Positions 1 through 17,961 of a stretch of DNA of 64,000 nt are shown in pieces. Numbering within the stretch: position 1 is the stretch's first letter; every line of letters starts with the position of its first letter. The notes beneath the pieces are model-generated. The model was not told the DNA's origin and searched no databases. It worked only from the letters and a program-made list of their open reading frames with translations. The DNA is taken from assembly GCA_964016885.1 (NCBI GenBank), contig OZ024762.1, positions 28,272,001-28,336,000 on the forward strand, read 5' to 3'. The position numbers and the translations under genes were made by a program. The DNA is from Eledone cirrhosa (taxonomy: Eukaryota).

Positions 1-2316
1 ATAATAAGTAAGGCAATCAAAGATATGAAGGCGGCTGGGGCTTCGGAAATAGTTGCTGAAATGCTGAAAGAATCTGGAACGGTGGGACACACTATGGTCA
101 CCCGGACAGTAAACCAAGTCATACAGAATGGGGCCGTTCCGAAGGACTGGCGTAGCATCATCATCATTAACTGCTACAAGAGTAAAGGAGATGCTCTTAA
201 TTGGGGTAACTATAGAGGCATTAAATTAATCGACCAGGTCATAAAGGTCACAGAAAAAGTAATAGCGCAATTAATCAGAGAACGAATTGATCTAGATGAA
301 ATGCAGTTTGGGTTTGTCTCAGGTAAAAGTACCACAGACGCTCTTTTCATTGTACGACAACTACAGAAGTACCTAGCTAAAAGTAAACCCCTATACTTAG
401 CTTTTGTTGACTTGGAGAAAGCCTTTGACAGAGTCCCCCGCTCCATTATCTGGTGGGCGCTTAGAAAACTAGGTGTTGATGAATGGCTCATGAGAGCTAT
501 ACAAGCCATGTGTAAAGAAACAGTCAGCAAGGTTAGAATTAACAACGAATATAGTGAAGAGTTTAGCGTAAACGTTGGTGTTTATCAGGGCTCCGTTCTT
601 AGCCCCCTACTATTTATCATTGCCCTTCAGGCTATAACAGAGGAGTTCAAGACCGGCTGCCCATGGGAACTCCTATATGCAGATGATCTAACGCTCATAG
701 CTGAATCAATGGCCGAACTAGAGAAGAAATTCCAAACATGGAAGCATGGCCTAGAATCAAAAGGCCTTAAAGTTAACTTGTCTAAGACTAAAGTTCTAGT
801 TTGTAGGAAGGAAAATAGGGCACCGGTCCCATCTGGGAAATGGCCATGCTCAGTGTGTAGGAAAGGAGTAGGCAGAAACTCCATTTTATGTCCCAAATGC
901 AAAGTATGGGTGCATAAAAGATGTAGTGGGATCACAGGTAAGCTAACTAAGAATCATCATCATCATCATCATCACCGATTTACGTCCGTTCTTCCACGCT
1001 ACCATGGGTTAGACGGGTTGTCCTGTTGTGGGCAGTGTCTGGTCGGCTGACCATGCCTTGTTCATACAGGAACTGATTTGGCTTGATTTCTACAGCTGGA
1101 TGCCCTTCCTAACACCAACCTCATTTACAGTGAGTGCTGGGTGCTTTTTCGTGGCGCCTACACGTCCACTTTACAGTGTGGGCTGGGTGCTTTTTTTGCC
1201 GTGGCACCTCCACGACAACCTTGCGGTCGGGGCATATTGTCTATATGCTTCAGCTTGTACCCATGGGAGGTTGGGTACTCTGTATTACTGCGTGACGCCA
1301 GAGGTCACGGTCGTGTGTCATTGCCTTTGAGAGGTGTAATTGAGTAAGAATATAGATTTTATATGTGGCCGGTGCTCTGGTGCAATAAGTAGCAGCAAGT
1401 GCCCACAGAATACTAGCTCATTCCATTGCACAGATGGTTCTATAGAAATATTGGACACCTGCTGTTACCTGGGTGACAAAATCAGCAGTGGTGGAGGGTG
1501 CTCTGAAAGTACAGTAGCTAGAGTCAGAACGCGATGGAAAAAGTTCAGAGAGCTTATACCACTATTGGCCGCTAAAGGGTTCTCTCTAAAAATGAAAGGC
1601 AGGCTGTATGATGCCTGCATATGAACAGCAATGTTACATGGCAGTGAGACCTGGGCATTGTGTGCAGAGGATATACGCAGACTGGAGAGAAACGAAGCTT
1701 GCATGCTCCGCTGGATGTGTAATAGTAATATACGTGAACGGCAAAGCATAAACGAACTAAGGGAGAAATTAGGAATAAGAGGGATCAGATGTTGTTTACT
1801 CGAGAGAAGACTATGTTGGTACGGTCACGTGATGCGCATGAAAGACGACGGCTGTATAAAAAAGTGCAGGGCGATAAAAATAGACGGTAGCCACGGAGTA
1901 GGCAGACCCATAAAAACCTGGGACGACTTGATAAATTCCGACCTCACACACTTACACCTCTCCAAGACAATGTCACTAGACCGAGAAGACCCGCCTCACC
2001 TAAGTACAAAGTGAAACCTACAGTCAGTAGACACCTCTAACAAAATACACCCCGGCCCCCCTTAAATGTGAAGTTATGTCCGAAACAAATGAGGTCGTGT
2101 AGGTGTCACGACAAAAAAAACACACAGTCCACGCTGTAATGTGGCCGTGTAGGTAACATGGTAAAAACCTCCCAGTCCACACTGTAAACGTGGTTGGTGT
2201 TAGGAAGGGCAGACAGTCCTATACGAGCAAGACAACCACTCTTGCCTCAAGTGGGAAAACTCCCGTCCAAACCCATGCAAGCGTGGAAGATGGACGTTAA
2301 ACGATGATGATGATGG
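1..2316 (+). mobile_element. RTE-clade LINE, subfamily B, copy 1 (decayed; 5' part outside window)
   Basis: ORFs 25-1050, 1340-1624 and 1631-2014 give RT motifs FVDLEKAFD, QGSVLSPLLF and YADD, then the C-terminal RWKKFRELIP and WYGHVMRM. It ends in a (GAT)n tail, has a premature TGA at 1622, and is interrupted by an insertion at 955-1344. Confidence 0.93.
955..1344 (-). mobile_element. 5'-truncated RTE subfamily A 3' end nested in the subfamily B copy
   Basis: Near-identical to 19190-19575. (CAT)n tail on the + strand. Flanked by TAAGAAT at 948-954 and 1345-1351 (TSD). Confidence 0.9.
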
Positions 2317-2324
2317 TATATATA

Positions 2325-2935
2325 TATATGACACTATGACATGTCTTAACTCGCTGACCAATAAGTCCTAAATCTCTCTCTTTATCTCTCTGACACATCT
2401 TATGACACTACATGTCTGAATTAGCTGAGCTCTCTCTCTCTCTGTGACCTTTTCATTATATATGACACTATGACATGTCTTATCTCGTTGACCAAATAGT
2501 CCTAAATCACTGACATTTCCATCATGTATGACATGTCTTAATTGACCAACAATAAAGTAAGTCCTAGATCTCTCACACACATTTCCATTATGTATGACTC
2601 TATGACATGTCTCAACCTGTTGACCAATAAGTCCTATCTCTCTCTGTCTCACACATTTCTATCATATATGACAGGCATATGTGAAACATGCGGCGGCCCT
2701 TTTCAAGCACACCTGTGGCCCACACAAAGGTTTTTACATTGCGAGCATGTTTTATCTTCATAATATAAAATAAAGAAATGTGTTGTAATGTCCGCAATTA
2801 GTTGCCATGTGTGGCCCTCAGACAACACATGTGACCCTCGGGGGACCCTCAATTTAACATGCCTGATATATGACACTGACATGTCTTAACTATGACAACA
2901 CACTACACATAACGTCTTAACTATGTTATGACCAC
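2325..2935. repeat. Degenerate minisatellite (TATGACACTATGACATGTCTTAAC...ACCAATAAGTCCTA units)
   Basis: The motif recurs about 6 times and is interrupted by the hAT MITE. Confidence 0.7.
2672..2865. mobile_element. hAT-type MITE
   Basis: Termini CAGGCAT...ATGCCTG, flanked by a perfect 8-bp TSD ATATATGA (2664-2671 and 2866-2873). Confidence 0.8.
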
Positions 2936-2986
2936 ACACTTGTTCCCTCCTAATATCTAATATATCTCTCCTCTCCCTTCTTCCAG

Positions 2987-3127
2987 TTATGTATACGAAG
3001 CATGGGTTCTATAGACTGTATGGGAGCCTTAAAAGTTGGAATGAAGTCCCGTAAAGACATGATGGTATTCGCTGCTGAGTGTTTGGCGAAAATGTTCGAG
3101 AAAGGCGAGGAGGAGCTTGTTTCACAG
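2987..3127 (+). CDS. DNAJC13: DnaJ homolog subfamily C member 13 (RME-8), internal exon
   Basis: Bounded by ttccag|...|gtatgt. Encodes LCIRSMGSIDCMGALKVGMKSRKDMMVFAAECLAKMFEKGEEELVSQ, which matches the DNAJC13 C-terminal region as I recall it (LCVRAM...MFQKEQSELVAQ). Confidence 0.92.
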
Positions 3128-3643
3128 GTATGTAATCCAAACTAACTCTTAACTTCCTGCATCACTTGAAACCACATTAGCAAGATATCTATATATAAAT
3201 TTGTGTGACTTCCATCTGTCTGTCACACAGTGTGGACGGAAGGGGATTGGTGAAGAAACTATAGCAAAACTGGCTGACATTCCATTTGCTACAGTGTTTG
3301 TGTGTGTGTTTGTATGAATCTATGTGTGTTTGTATGAATGTATGTGTGTTTGTGTGAATATGTGTGTGTTTGTGTGAATGAATGTGTGTGTTTGTGTGAA
3401 TGAATGTGTGAATGAATGTGTGTTTGTGTGAATGTATGTGAGTGTATTTTTGTGTGCCTGCGTTCGTGTGTTTATATTTATATACTCATACATGTAAATG
3501 CATGCATATGCACATACACACACGCACACACATACACATATGCATGAGTTTGTTGAAAATATTCTAGTTTTTTAAAAGAAAGTATAAAACAGCATTATGA
3601 AAGTTTTTACTCTACAACTGCAAATTTTTACATTGATCTGTCA

Positions 3644-4206
3644 ACTGGTAAAGATACTATGGACAGGTTGGAAGAAGTTTAGGGAGCTGCTTCTTCTGTT
3701 GACAAAGAAGGGTATCTCCCTATGAATGAAAGGCCGGTTATATGATGCCTGTGTGAGATGTGTGCTGCTGCATGGTAGTGAGACATGGGCAGCAACTGTG
3801 GAAGATATGCGACGGCTGGAGAGAAATGAAGCAAGCATGCTCTGAAGGATGTGCAATGTCAATGTGTGTGAAGGACCAAGCATAGAAGAGTTGAGAGCGA
3901 AACTGTATAAGAGGGATAAACTGTAGTGTGTGGGAGAGAAGACTGCATTGGTATGGACATGTGGTGCGCATGGAGGATGACTGCTGGATAAAGAAGTGCC
4001 AAGAAATCTCAGTGGAAGGAAGATGCAGTAGAGGAAGACCAATGAAGAAGACCCAGGCGAAAGTGGTGAGAGCTGATCTCAGATTGGTGAAGCTCACAGA
4101 GGAGATGATGAGGGACTGTGACAAATGGAGGGATGCTGTGCTGAAGAGCACCTGTCCCACCCTTGCAAGCAGAGAAAAGCAGACATAAAATGAGGATGAT
4201 GATGAT
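3644..4206 (+). mobile_element. Old RTE LINE 3' fragment in a DNAJC13 intron
   Basis: Remnants TGWKKFRELL, LHGSETW and WYGHVVRMEDD with stops; (GAT)n tail. Confidence 0.85.
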
Positions 4207-4295
4207 TTGAATTAATAAACTACATGAAACCACATTAGCAAGACATTTTTGAAAAGTGCAAAACAGCATTATGATTGTATCACAGTCTTTGTCTT

Positions 4296-4340
<45 letters not shown>

Positions 4341-4374
4341 ATCCCTCACTTTCTCTCTTTACCAATATCTAAAG

Positions 4375-4515
4375 GCAATCAAACATGAAATGGTACCATT
4401 CCTGCTGTGGGTGCTACAGAATCCTCTAGAATCTACAGAAAACCCTGCTGCTACCAAAGCTCAGATTGTCAAAGCCCTCAAGTCTATGCAGAGAAGTTTA
4501 TTATATGGTGAACAG
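4375..4515 (+). CDS. DNAJC13: DNAJC13 internal exon
   Basis: Bounded by aaag|...|gtaag. Encodes AIKHEMVPFLLWVLQNPLESTENPAATKAQIVKALKSMQRSLLYGEQ, with the PAATKAQIVKALK signature; phase 0/0. Confidence 0.95.
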
Positions 4516-4544
4516 GTAAGACAGGGATTCTCTTTATCATCCTA

Positions 4545-4756
4545 ATAATAATTATGAAAATTATTGTGTACAGTGCTCAGGTGCACTACAACTCATCAAT
4601 GGTGTATGTATAGTACATAGAATAATGTACAAATGTCAGGAAAGTGAACAGTGTATGAGTCATGATATAAATACAGACACATGGTATGTGTAAGGAGGGG
4701 GAATATCAGATGTAGTGTTGGCAAATTTCAGGAAGCATGGAAGTTTTGAAGGATGG
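4545..4756 (-). mobile_element. LINE (CR1/L2-like) 3' end fragment
   Basis: Inverted homolog of 15780-15995 (CATCCTTCAAAACTTCCATGCTTCCTGAAAT...GCACCTGAGCACTG). Family assignment is tentative. Confidence 0.55.
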
Positions 4757-5026
4757 ATCCCTTATTAGATGGAAGATGCCTTATTAACCTCATAGTGATG
4801 GTGCACTTCTATAGTGCATAAATTGCTGCAAAGTGATTTGATGAAACTGCAGTCGGGACTTTCAAGGAAAAATAGATATATTTTTGTCTATTATTTCCTC
4901 GCATTTTTAATTTTATATATATATATGTTTATCCCAGGTTCAATCGGGGTCACCACAGTAAGTAAGGTACTCAATATAAAGCACAGTATATATATATATA
5001 TGTAATATTATTGGTTGCTATTTCAG

Positions 5027-5126
5027 GTGACGTCAATTCTAGATAAATCTACTGTATGGAAAGAATACAAGGACCAAAAACACGACCTTTTCATATCAGA
5101 TTCCAACATATCAGGATATTTAACAG
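5027..5126 (+). CDS. DNAJC13: DNAJC13 penultimate coding exon
   Basis: Bounded by tttcag|...|gtaag. Encodes [33 protein letters not shown], with the [10 protein letters not shown] signature; ends in phase 1. Confidence 0.95.
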
Positions 5127-5215
5127 GTAAGAAACCTTGAGAAATAGACCTACCTGTCACCCCATCTTACCCCTTTTAGTTTCTAATGTCATCTATGTCC
5201 ACAGTGAAGGGTTAA

Positions 5216-5433
5216 CCCATTAGCATTTAAACCGGCCATATCTGGCCAGAATTCTATCACCTTTTTCTCTTCAAACCGGCTGTAACTGGCAACTCATACT
5301 GATGTTAAGGTATTGTTTTCAAAAGAAATAACAAAATCTCATAGATTTGATATTATATGAGATACTTATGTGAGGTAAAGCCTTTACCGTGAAAATACAA
5401 TAGTAAATATAGAGTAATGTAATTGCTAAAAGG
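5216..5433. mobile_element. piggyBac-type MITE
   Basis: TTAA|CCCATTAGCA...TGCTAAAAGG|TTAA. Same family as 6169-6373 and a partial copy at about 5625-5720. Confidence 0.7.
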
Positions 5434-5787
5434 TTAAAACACTCCCCACACATACAAACACACACCAAAAAACCTCATTTTAGTAACAACCTCTTAGGAG
5501 GCTATTTAAATTTGTATAGTTGGTGTGAACCATAAATTTAATTTTATTTCACTGTAATAACTGAGAAGTGTATTCTCATAAATATGATGACCTGTCCAAC
5601 TCTTGTTACCAGTGAAAGTGGACATTAACCCATGGCTATATCTGGCCAGAATTCTCTCACCTCTTTCCGTTCAAACCAGCTGTAACTGGCCACTCACACT
5701 GATATTAAGGTATTGTTCTCCCTGATCTCTCTCTGATGAAATACATTAGAACAATAGCACAGTGTGAAATAATGAATTATATAATAA

Positions 5788-5959
5788 TACACAGCTTATT
5801 TCCCAGCGTTGAAGATGCTGCTTTTTTCCTAAAATAAGTCTCAAAAATCTACCATGCGTTCTGGAGGTTATTTTTTTTTTTTTTTTTCAAATTTTTGGTT
5901 GTCAAAATTAAGGTGTGTCCTCGACGATGAAGCGTCTTCGGCACTGAGAAATACGGTAC
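5788..5959. mobile_element. Degenerate Tc1/pogo-like MITE
   Basis: Imperfect TIRs (TATTTCCCAGCGTTGAAGATGC / GCGTCTTCGGCACTGAGAAATACGGTA). Confidence 0.4.
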
Positions 5960-6168
5960 TTCACAGGCCGTTAGTTATACTATGTATTGAAACATGTAAG
6001 AGAATTTCAAGTATTAATAAATATATAATTAGATATCGACAAATCCGCTTTGTTTTTCTAATAACCAATATATATATATACACTGGTGTGGCACAGCCAA
6101 CGGGCTAGATTTGTCTCATGATGTGGATGACCTGTCTAACCCATGCAAGCATGGAAAATGGATGTTAA

Positions 6169-6373
6169 CCCTTTAGCATTTACGTTACTCTATGTATACT
6201 TTTGTATTTTTATGGAAAAGGCTTTATCTGACATAGTATTGAATGTATGAGGTTTTGATGTTATTTATTTTGAGAATACCTTAACATCAATGTGAGTGGC
6301 CAGATACAGCTGGTTTGAACAGAATGAGGTGAAAGAATTCTGGCCAGATACAGCCAGTTTAAATGCTAAAGGG
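6169..6373. mobile_element. piggyBac-type MITE inserted in an RTE 3' tail
   Basis: TIRs CCCTTTAGCATTT / AAATGCTAAAGGG with a TTAA duplication. Removing it restores the RTE end ...GGATGTTAAACGGTGATGATGAT. Confidence 0.85.
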
Positions 6374-6732
6374 TTAAACGGTGATGATGATGATATATAA
6401 TATTGAAACCATACCAAGTATAGGATGTATCAGCAAGGTGAGGTCTCTCCAACCCATCCAGTATAAGTGGCCAGTTACAACCTGTCCAACCCATGCTAAC
6501 ATTGAAAAAAACCTAGCAGAATAACCACCATTCGGGTGGTTTTCTGCTAGCATGTGTAGTGTGCATATTGATATTATACGCATGTAGCTATGATACGTCA
6601 AATGAAATCGTAATCAGTAAGGTAATCCATGATACTTTTAAAAAAGACAATATTATATATAAACTGCATTATGGTGAAATGTAATGAAAACGAAAAAGGA
6701 GAAAATTAGTGACAGAAATATAAACGTTCTCA

Positions 6733-7090
6733 TATAACGATGCAAATATCTGAATGCTTATATAAGTGATATGATGTAGCATCCGTTATATCATAACGAT
6801 GCAAATATCTGAATGCTTATATGTGATATGATGTAGCATCCGTTATATCATAACGATGCAAATATCTGAATGCTTATATAAGTGATATGATGTAGCATCC
6901 GTTATATCATAACGATGCAAATATCTGAATGCTTATATAAGTGATATGATGTAGCATCCGTTATATCATAACGATGCAAATATCTGAATGCTTATATAAG
7001 TGATATGATGTAGCATCCGTTATATCATAACGATGCAAATATCTGAATGCTTATATAAGCGATATGATGTAGCATCCGTTATATCATAAC
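6733..7090. repeat. 59-bp minisatellite, 6 copies
   Basis: TAACGATGCAAATATCTG... starts at 6735, 6794, 6851, 6910, 6969 and 7028. Confidence 0.95.
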
Positions 7091-7364
7091 CGGAAGTATT
7101 GACATTTGAAAATGTTAAAAGAAGTGGATCTTGAAATGAGCAATCATTATATATAAGAATATTTATGCTAAATCAACAGCTACGAAATTTAGTACATAAA
7201 TTATGTAATATTGATTCATTATTTATTCAAAGTAATCCAACTTATTTTACTAATGGGATTAAAAAAATATAAAATGGACGCTGTCCTGCACTTTATTATA
7301 GATTGACATAAATTGATAATGATGATGATGGTGGTAATTTGTCTTTTCTTTTTTTCCTATGTAG

Positions 7365-7462
7365 GCCCCGGAGTGGCTGGCTATTTGACCAGTGGTGTGC
7401 GTCCAACCTTACCCGATGCTCCACCGCCCCTGGACACTAGTCATCAAGAGGAGTTCCACTGA
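7365..7462 (+). CDS. DNAJC13: DNAJC13 last coding exon
   Basis: Polypyrimidine tract plus tag acceptor. Encodes GPGVAGYLTSGVRPTLPDAPPPLDTSHQEEFH*, with the GPGVAGYLT signature; TGA at 7460-7462. Confidence 0.95.
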
Positions 7463-7953
7463 TAAAGAAGGAAAAGATGAAATTTTACATAACAACAACA
7501 ACATAACATAATTAAATAAAATACACCGGAGAAAATTATGACGATGACGACAACAACATGCAACAAAATACAAACAAAAACCACTTGCACAACAGCAACA
7601 AAAACAGCAACATCATCATAATCATCATCAACAATGAACAACTAAAGAGAGAAAACTCTAACAAAACTTAAAAATTTTGGACTGCTGGTGTGTCTGTATA
7701 CAGTAGGTGGTTGGTGATGGTAGTGGTGTTGGTCGCGTATGATGATGTATGATGGTGGTGGTGGTGGTAGGGGTGTATGTATTTGTATAAGTGGCACTCG
7801 GACAGATCTTTCTTTTCATATATACCTGTTACACACAATCATATATATGTATGTATATATATATATACACATACATACACACATGCATATAAGCATATAT
7901 ATATATTTATATAGTTAAAGAATAAGAAAAAGTGAGGTTTAATCCATTGTATT

Positions 7954-7992
<39 letters not shown>

Positions 7993-8130
7993 ATATATAT
8001 ATATATATGTGTGTATATATATATATATATATTTATATACAAGTATACAATGTATATATATATGTGTATATATTTATATACAAGTATACAATGTATATAT
8101 ATATATGTGTATATATTTATATACAAGTAT

Positions 8131-8165
<35 letters not shown>

Positions 8166-9169
8166 TTATATAGTTAAAGAATAAGAAAAAGTGAGGTTTA
8201 ATCCATTATATTAAAATATATATATATATATGTGTATATATATATATCTGTGTATATAATGTGTATATATTTATATACAAGTATACAATGTATATATATA
8301 TATATATATATATAATGTGTATATATTTATATACAAGTATACAATGTATATATATATATATATATATATAATGTGTATATATTTATATACAAGTATACAA
8401 TGTATATAAATATACATGTGTGTGTGTATGTGTGCTTACATGTTGGGATGATGAGATCCAAACTGTGACCCCCCCCAGTCATGTCACTCCCTCCCCCCCC
8501 AGTCATGTCACTCCCTCCCCAGATGTCCAGACACATCACACCGACTTACTCCAAATAAGACAATGTCATATATATATGTGTATATATATCTATATATACA
8601 CACATATATATAATGTATATATATTATATATATATTTAGATATACAGATATATGTATTTATATATATGTATTGATATATATTTATATATACAGGTATATG
8701 TATACAAATACGTATTTTTATCTATATATATATTTACATGTATGAATATATGTATATATATATATATATATTCACATACATGTATATATTTACATGTATG
8801 AATATACATATATATATATATACACACACACATATACATTTGCATGGATGAATATATGTATATATATATATACACACACACATGTATGAATATATATATA
8901 TATAGAATCAATAACAAACACACACCTGGTGCTCTGCTTTTATTTTTTCCTTTTTTTTATTTTTTTCTTCTTTATAATTTTTTTTTATTTCTTTGTTTTC
9001 TGTTTTGTTTTGTTTTATTTTCCTCCCATGAAACGAAAGTGTCTGTTAGACATCTACACCTTTCTTTCATTGACACAGGTGTAATATATATATACACACA
9101 CGCGTGTATACTTGTGTGTATTTAGATGCACATTTCTCTGTGTAGTGTGTGTCTATATATATATATGTA

Positions 9170-9209
<40 letters not shown>

Positions 9210-9366
9210 CATATATATGAAAAGATTCAGGACCCCGACAGCTGAGCTCCGGCTGTTTCAACAGGTAGATCCAAACTAATTACATACTCTACTGCCCCAA
9301 TTATCGAGTACTCTAGTGGGTTATGGTCTAACTGATTTTTACCACACCCTATCTGATATATATATG

Positions 9367-9402
<36 letters not shown>

Positions 9403-9539
9403 CATATCTGTATAGGGAGAAATCTGTGTGTATGTGTGTATATATATATAGATACACATTTATCTATGTGTGTATAAATATATATATATGTGTGTGCACA
9501 TCCCTTCATTTTTTAGAAATGTATATGTGCTTGTGTATG

Positions 9540-15002
<5,463 letters not shown>

Positions 15003-15482
15003 TGGATATATATGTGTATGTATGAATATATGTGAATGTGTAGCTGTCAATATATATATAGTTGTATATGCTTGCATGCATGCACATATGCAATATTATT
15101 ATTATTATTAAAAATATTGCAAATGAGCAAAAAAAACAACAAAGGACCCCCCCCCCCCCCCAAAAAAAAAAAAAATTACCAAACCAAAAAACATATAAAA
15201 CAATAAAACAATACAATCATAAGAATCATTTTTTGTTGGCACTAAATACTGGGTGTCATGATTTAGTTTCACAAAAAGAAGAAGAATCAGTCTTGAAATG
15301 TTGGGACAATTTGAAAAATTGTACGTGTACATTACATGTATGTATGTATATATATGTGTGTGTGCACTGACTCACAAATTGTGTGTATGAACGCACACAT
15401 CGTTTATCTTGTACAATTATTGTTGTTAATACAACTTTAAAATTTCTGTTTTATTATTATTATTGTTGTTGTTGTCGTTGTT

Positions 15483-15697
15483 GATTGGTAGAATCGGTAA
15501 AGCGTCGGATGACTTGCTTTGCGGCATGGGATTACGGCCCTTTACGGTCTTAGTTCAAATCCTGCCGAGGTTAACTTTGCCTTTCATTCTTAAGGGATCG
15601 ATAGAATAAAGTACTAGTAATTCACTGGGGTTGATTTAATTGACTTTTCCCTTCCCTTCAAATTGCAGGCCTTGTGCCTAAATCAGAAACGGTTATT
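15483..15697 (+). mobile_element. tRNA-derived SINE with Nin/Deu-like body
   Basis: A-box-like TGGTAGAATCGG, B-box GTTCAAATCC, body TTGCCTTTCAT...GATCGATAGAATAAAGTAC. Confidence 0.8.
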
Positions 15698-15769
15698 AAT
15701 TGATTGATTGGCAGAGTTTGGATGACATGCATTGCAGCAGAGAGTTATGGCCATTTACGAACAAACTAC

Positions 15770-16040
15770 CTGTATCGGTTGTTATCTGCTGGGATACTCC
15801 ATCCTTCAAAACTTCCATGCTTCCTGAAATTCACCAACACTACACCTGATATTCTCCCTCTATACACACGCATGTATCTGTGTATCTGTATATATCATGA
15901 ATCATACACTGTTCACTTTTCCTGACATTTGTACATTATTCTATGTACTATACATACACCATTGGTGAGTTGTAGTGCACCTGAGCACTGTATACAATTC
16001 TGTGTGTATATCATGACTCATACTGTTCACTTTCCTGACA
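15770..16040 (+). mobile_element. LINE 3' end fragment (homolog of 4545-4756)
   Basis: Direct similarity to the inverted copy in the DNAJC13 intron; short internal duplication. Confidence 0.55.
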
Positions 16041-16043
16041 TTT

Positions 16044-16620
16044 GGGGATTGGCAGTGTCAGTAGAGCATCAGGCACCATGCTTTTCAGCAAAGAGTTATG
16101 TCCTTTTATGTTCTGAGTTCAAATCCTGCCGAGGTTAACTTTGCTTTCATCCTAACGGGGGTCGATAAAATAAAGTACCAGTAATACACTGATATAATTG
16201 CTGGCTTTGTGCTAAAAGTAGAAACAATTATTATTAGATTGGCAGTATCGGTAGGGAGTCGGACGCCATGCTTTGCAGCATAGAGTTTCGGCTCTTTATG
16301 ATCTGAGTTCGAATCCCGCTGAGGAACTTTGCCTTTCATCCTTACAGGGTCGATAAAATAAAGTACCAGTAATACACTGGGATAATTGATGGCCTTGTGC
16401 CAAAAGTAGAAACAACTATTATAAGGACGGTGTGTTGGTAGTAATCGGTCGACCGTTGGACAATATGCTTTGCGCTGTTTAATTACAACTTTCTACACTC
16501 TGAGATCCAACCCCGCTGAGGTAAATTTTGCCTTTCATCATTCCGAGGTTGATAAAATACCAGTTCAATACTGGGGAAGGTCAATATAATGGACTTGCTG
16601 ATATTGCACCAATAATTTTC
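16044..16620 (+). mobile_element. Three head-to-tail tRNA-derived SINE copies (about 16044-16235, 16237-16422, 16424-16620)
   Basis: Each has a B-box (GAGTTCAAATCC, GAGTTCGAATCC, GAGATCCAACCC) and TTTGCCTTTCATC...GTCGATAAAATAAAGTACCAG. Confidence 0.85.
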
Positions 16621-16876
16621 AGGAGTTATTAATATTAAAAGGTAAGTATTAATAGAATAGATGTTCTTTTGATCAATTACATTTTATTATACATATCACC
16701 AAAGTACTCAATACTTAGGGTAGTAGAGTGGGTAATAGGAGCGAGTAGGACCCCGATGGCTGAGCTAAAGCCATTTCGACGGCTAATTCTGGACGTCCAG
16801 AATTAGCCGGGAGCTTCCAACAGTGATGGTTGCATTCTTTAAGGGTATCTCAATATTTATTTATAAAACTATATTA

Positions 16877-16941
16877 TATTTTATCTGATGAAAGAACACC
16901 ATAATTTAACTTGGTGTCCTTGAAATATGTATAATGAAATA
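16877..16941 (+). ncRNA. Type I hammerhead ribozyme in a solo Penelope-like pLTR fragment
   Basis: tattttat-CTGATGA-AAGAACACC...GGTGTCCTT-GAAA-TATGTA-TA-atgaaata. Homolog at 38908-38970 (-). Confidence 0.8.
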
Positions 16942-17215
16942 AATATGGTTTTATAAATATAGTTTCCATTTGGTAATATCGTATGTATATATATATATAT
17001 AGTTATACTTGGGGAGGGTCATATTTGTGTAATATTTGTTTCTACTTTAGGCACAAGGCCAGCAATTACCCAGTACATTAGTGGTACTTTAGTTTATCGA
17101 CCCGTAAGGATGAAAGAACAGAACACACTCATTGTTTGGTTGGTTATTAATTCTGGCAATATTACACAAATATGACCCTCCCCAAGTATAACAATATTTG
17201 TTTCGACACACGATT

Positions 17216-17261
<46 letters not shown>

Positions 17262-17867
17262 TATATATATATATAGTTATGTAATAAACAACATAAGGCA
17301 ATTATTTCATTTACCAGTGGTTTCTTAAAAGGAAAAAAATTTTGCTTTCAATCATCAGAATGAAAAAATCCTGGTGTATTTATTGGCGTTAGATTATATT
17401 TTTGTTTTTAAAATCCATGTGAAAGTGAGGCTGGAAGAAGGAAAGGAAAAATAAAAACACACATGCAAACACACACACACACAATTATATACATACACAC
17501 ATACATACACACACGTGTGTGTATATATACATACATATACACACATACATACACACATAAATATCAACATATCCATGCATACACATACATACACGCACAC
17601 ACACGCATATATACACAAACACGCACACGCACACGCACCCCCCCCCCCCCACCCCACACACACACACATATATACATATATATATATATACATATATATA
17701 TACACACACATATATATATATATATACACACACATATATATATATATACACACACATATATATATATATACACACACATATATATATATATACACACACA
17801 TATATATATATATACACACACATATATATACACACACATATATATATATATACACACACATATATAT

Positions 17868-17902
<35 letters not shown>

Positions 17903-17961
17903 CACACGCGCATATATATATATATATATACACACACACATATATATATATATATACATAC

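Noticed and set aside
945-975. Poly-His tract in ORF 25-1050
   Set aside because: It is the antisense (GAT)n tail of a nested RTE insertion.
5727-5790. CTGATGA...GAAA possible hammerhead
   Set aside because: Helix II is weak and there is no helix I complement.
6733-7090. CRISPR-like appearance of regular repeats (also 25230-25905)
   Set aside because: There are no unique spacers; these are plain tandem repeats in a eukaryotic context.
15483-16620. tRNA genes
   Set aside because: A/B boxes are present but there is no cloverleaf, and they are followed by a SINE body.
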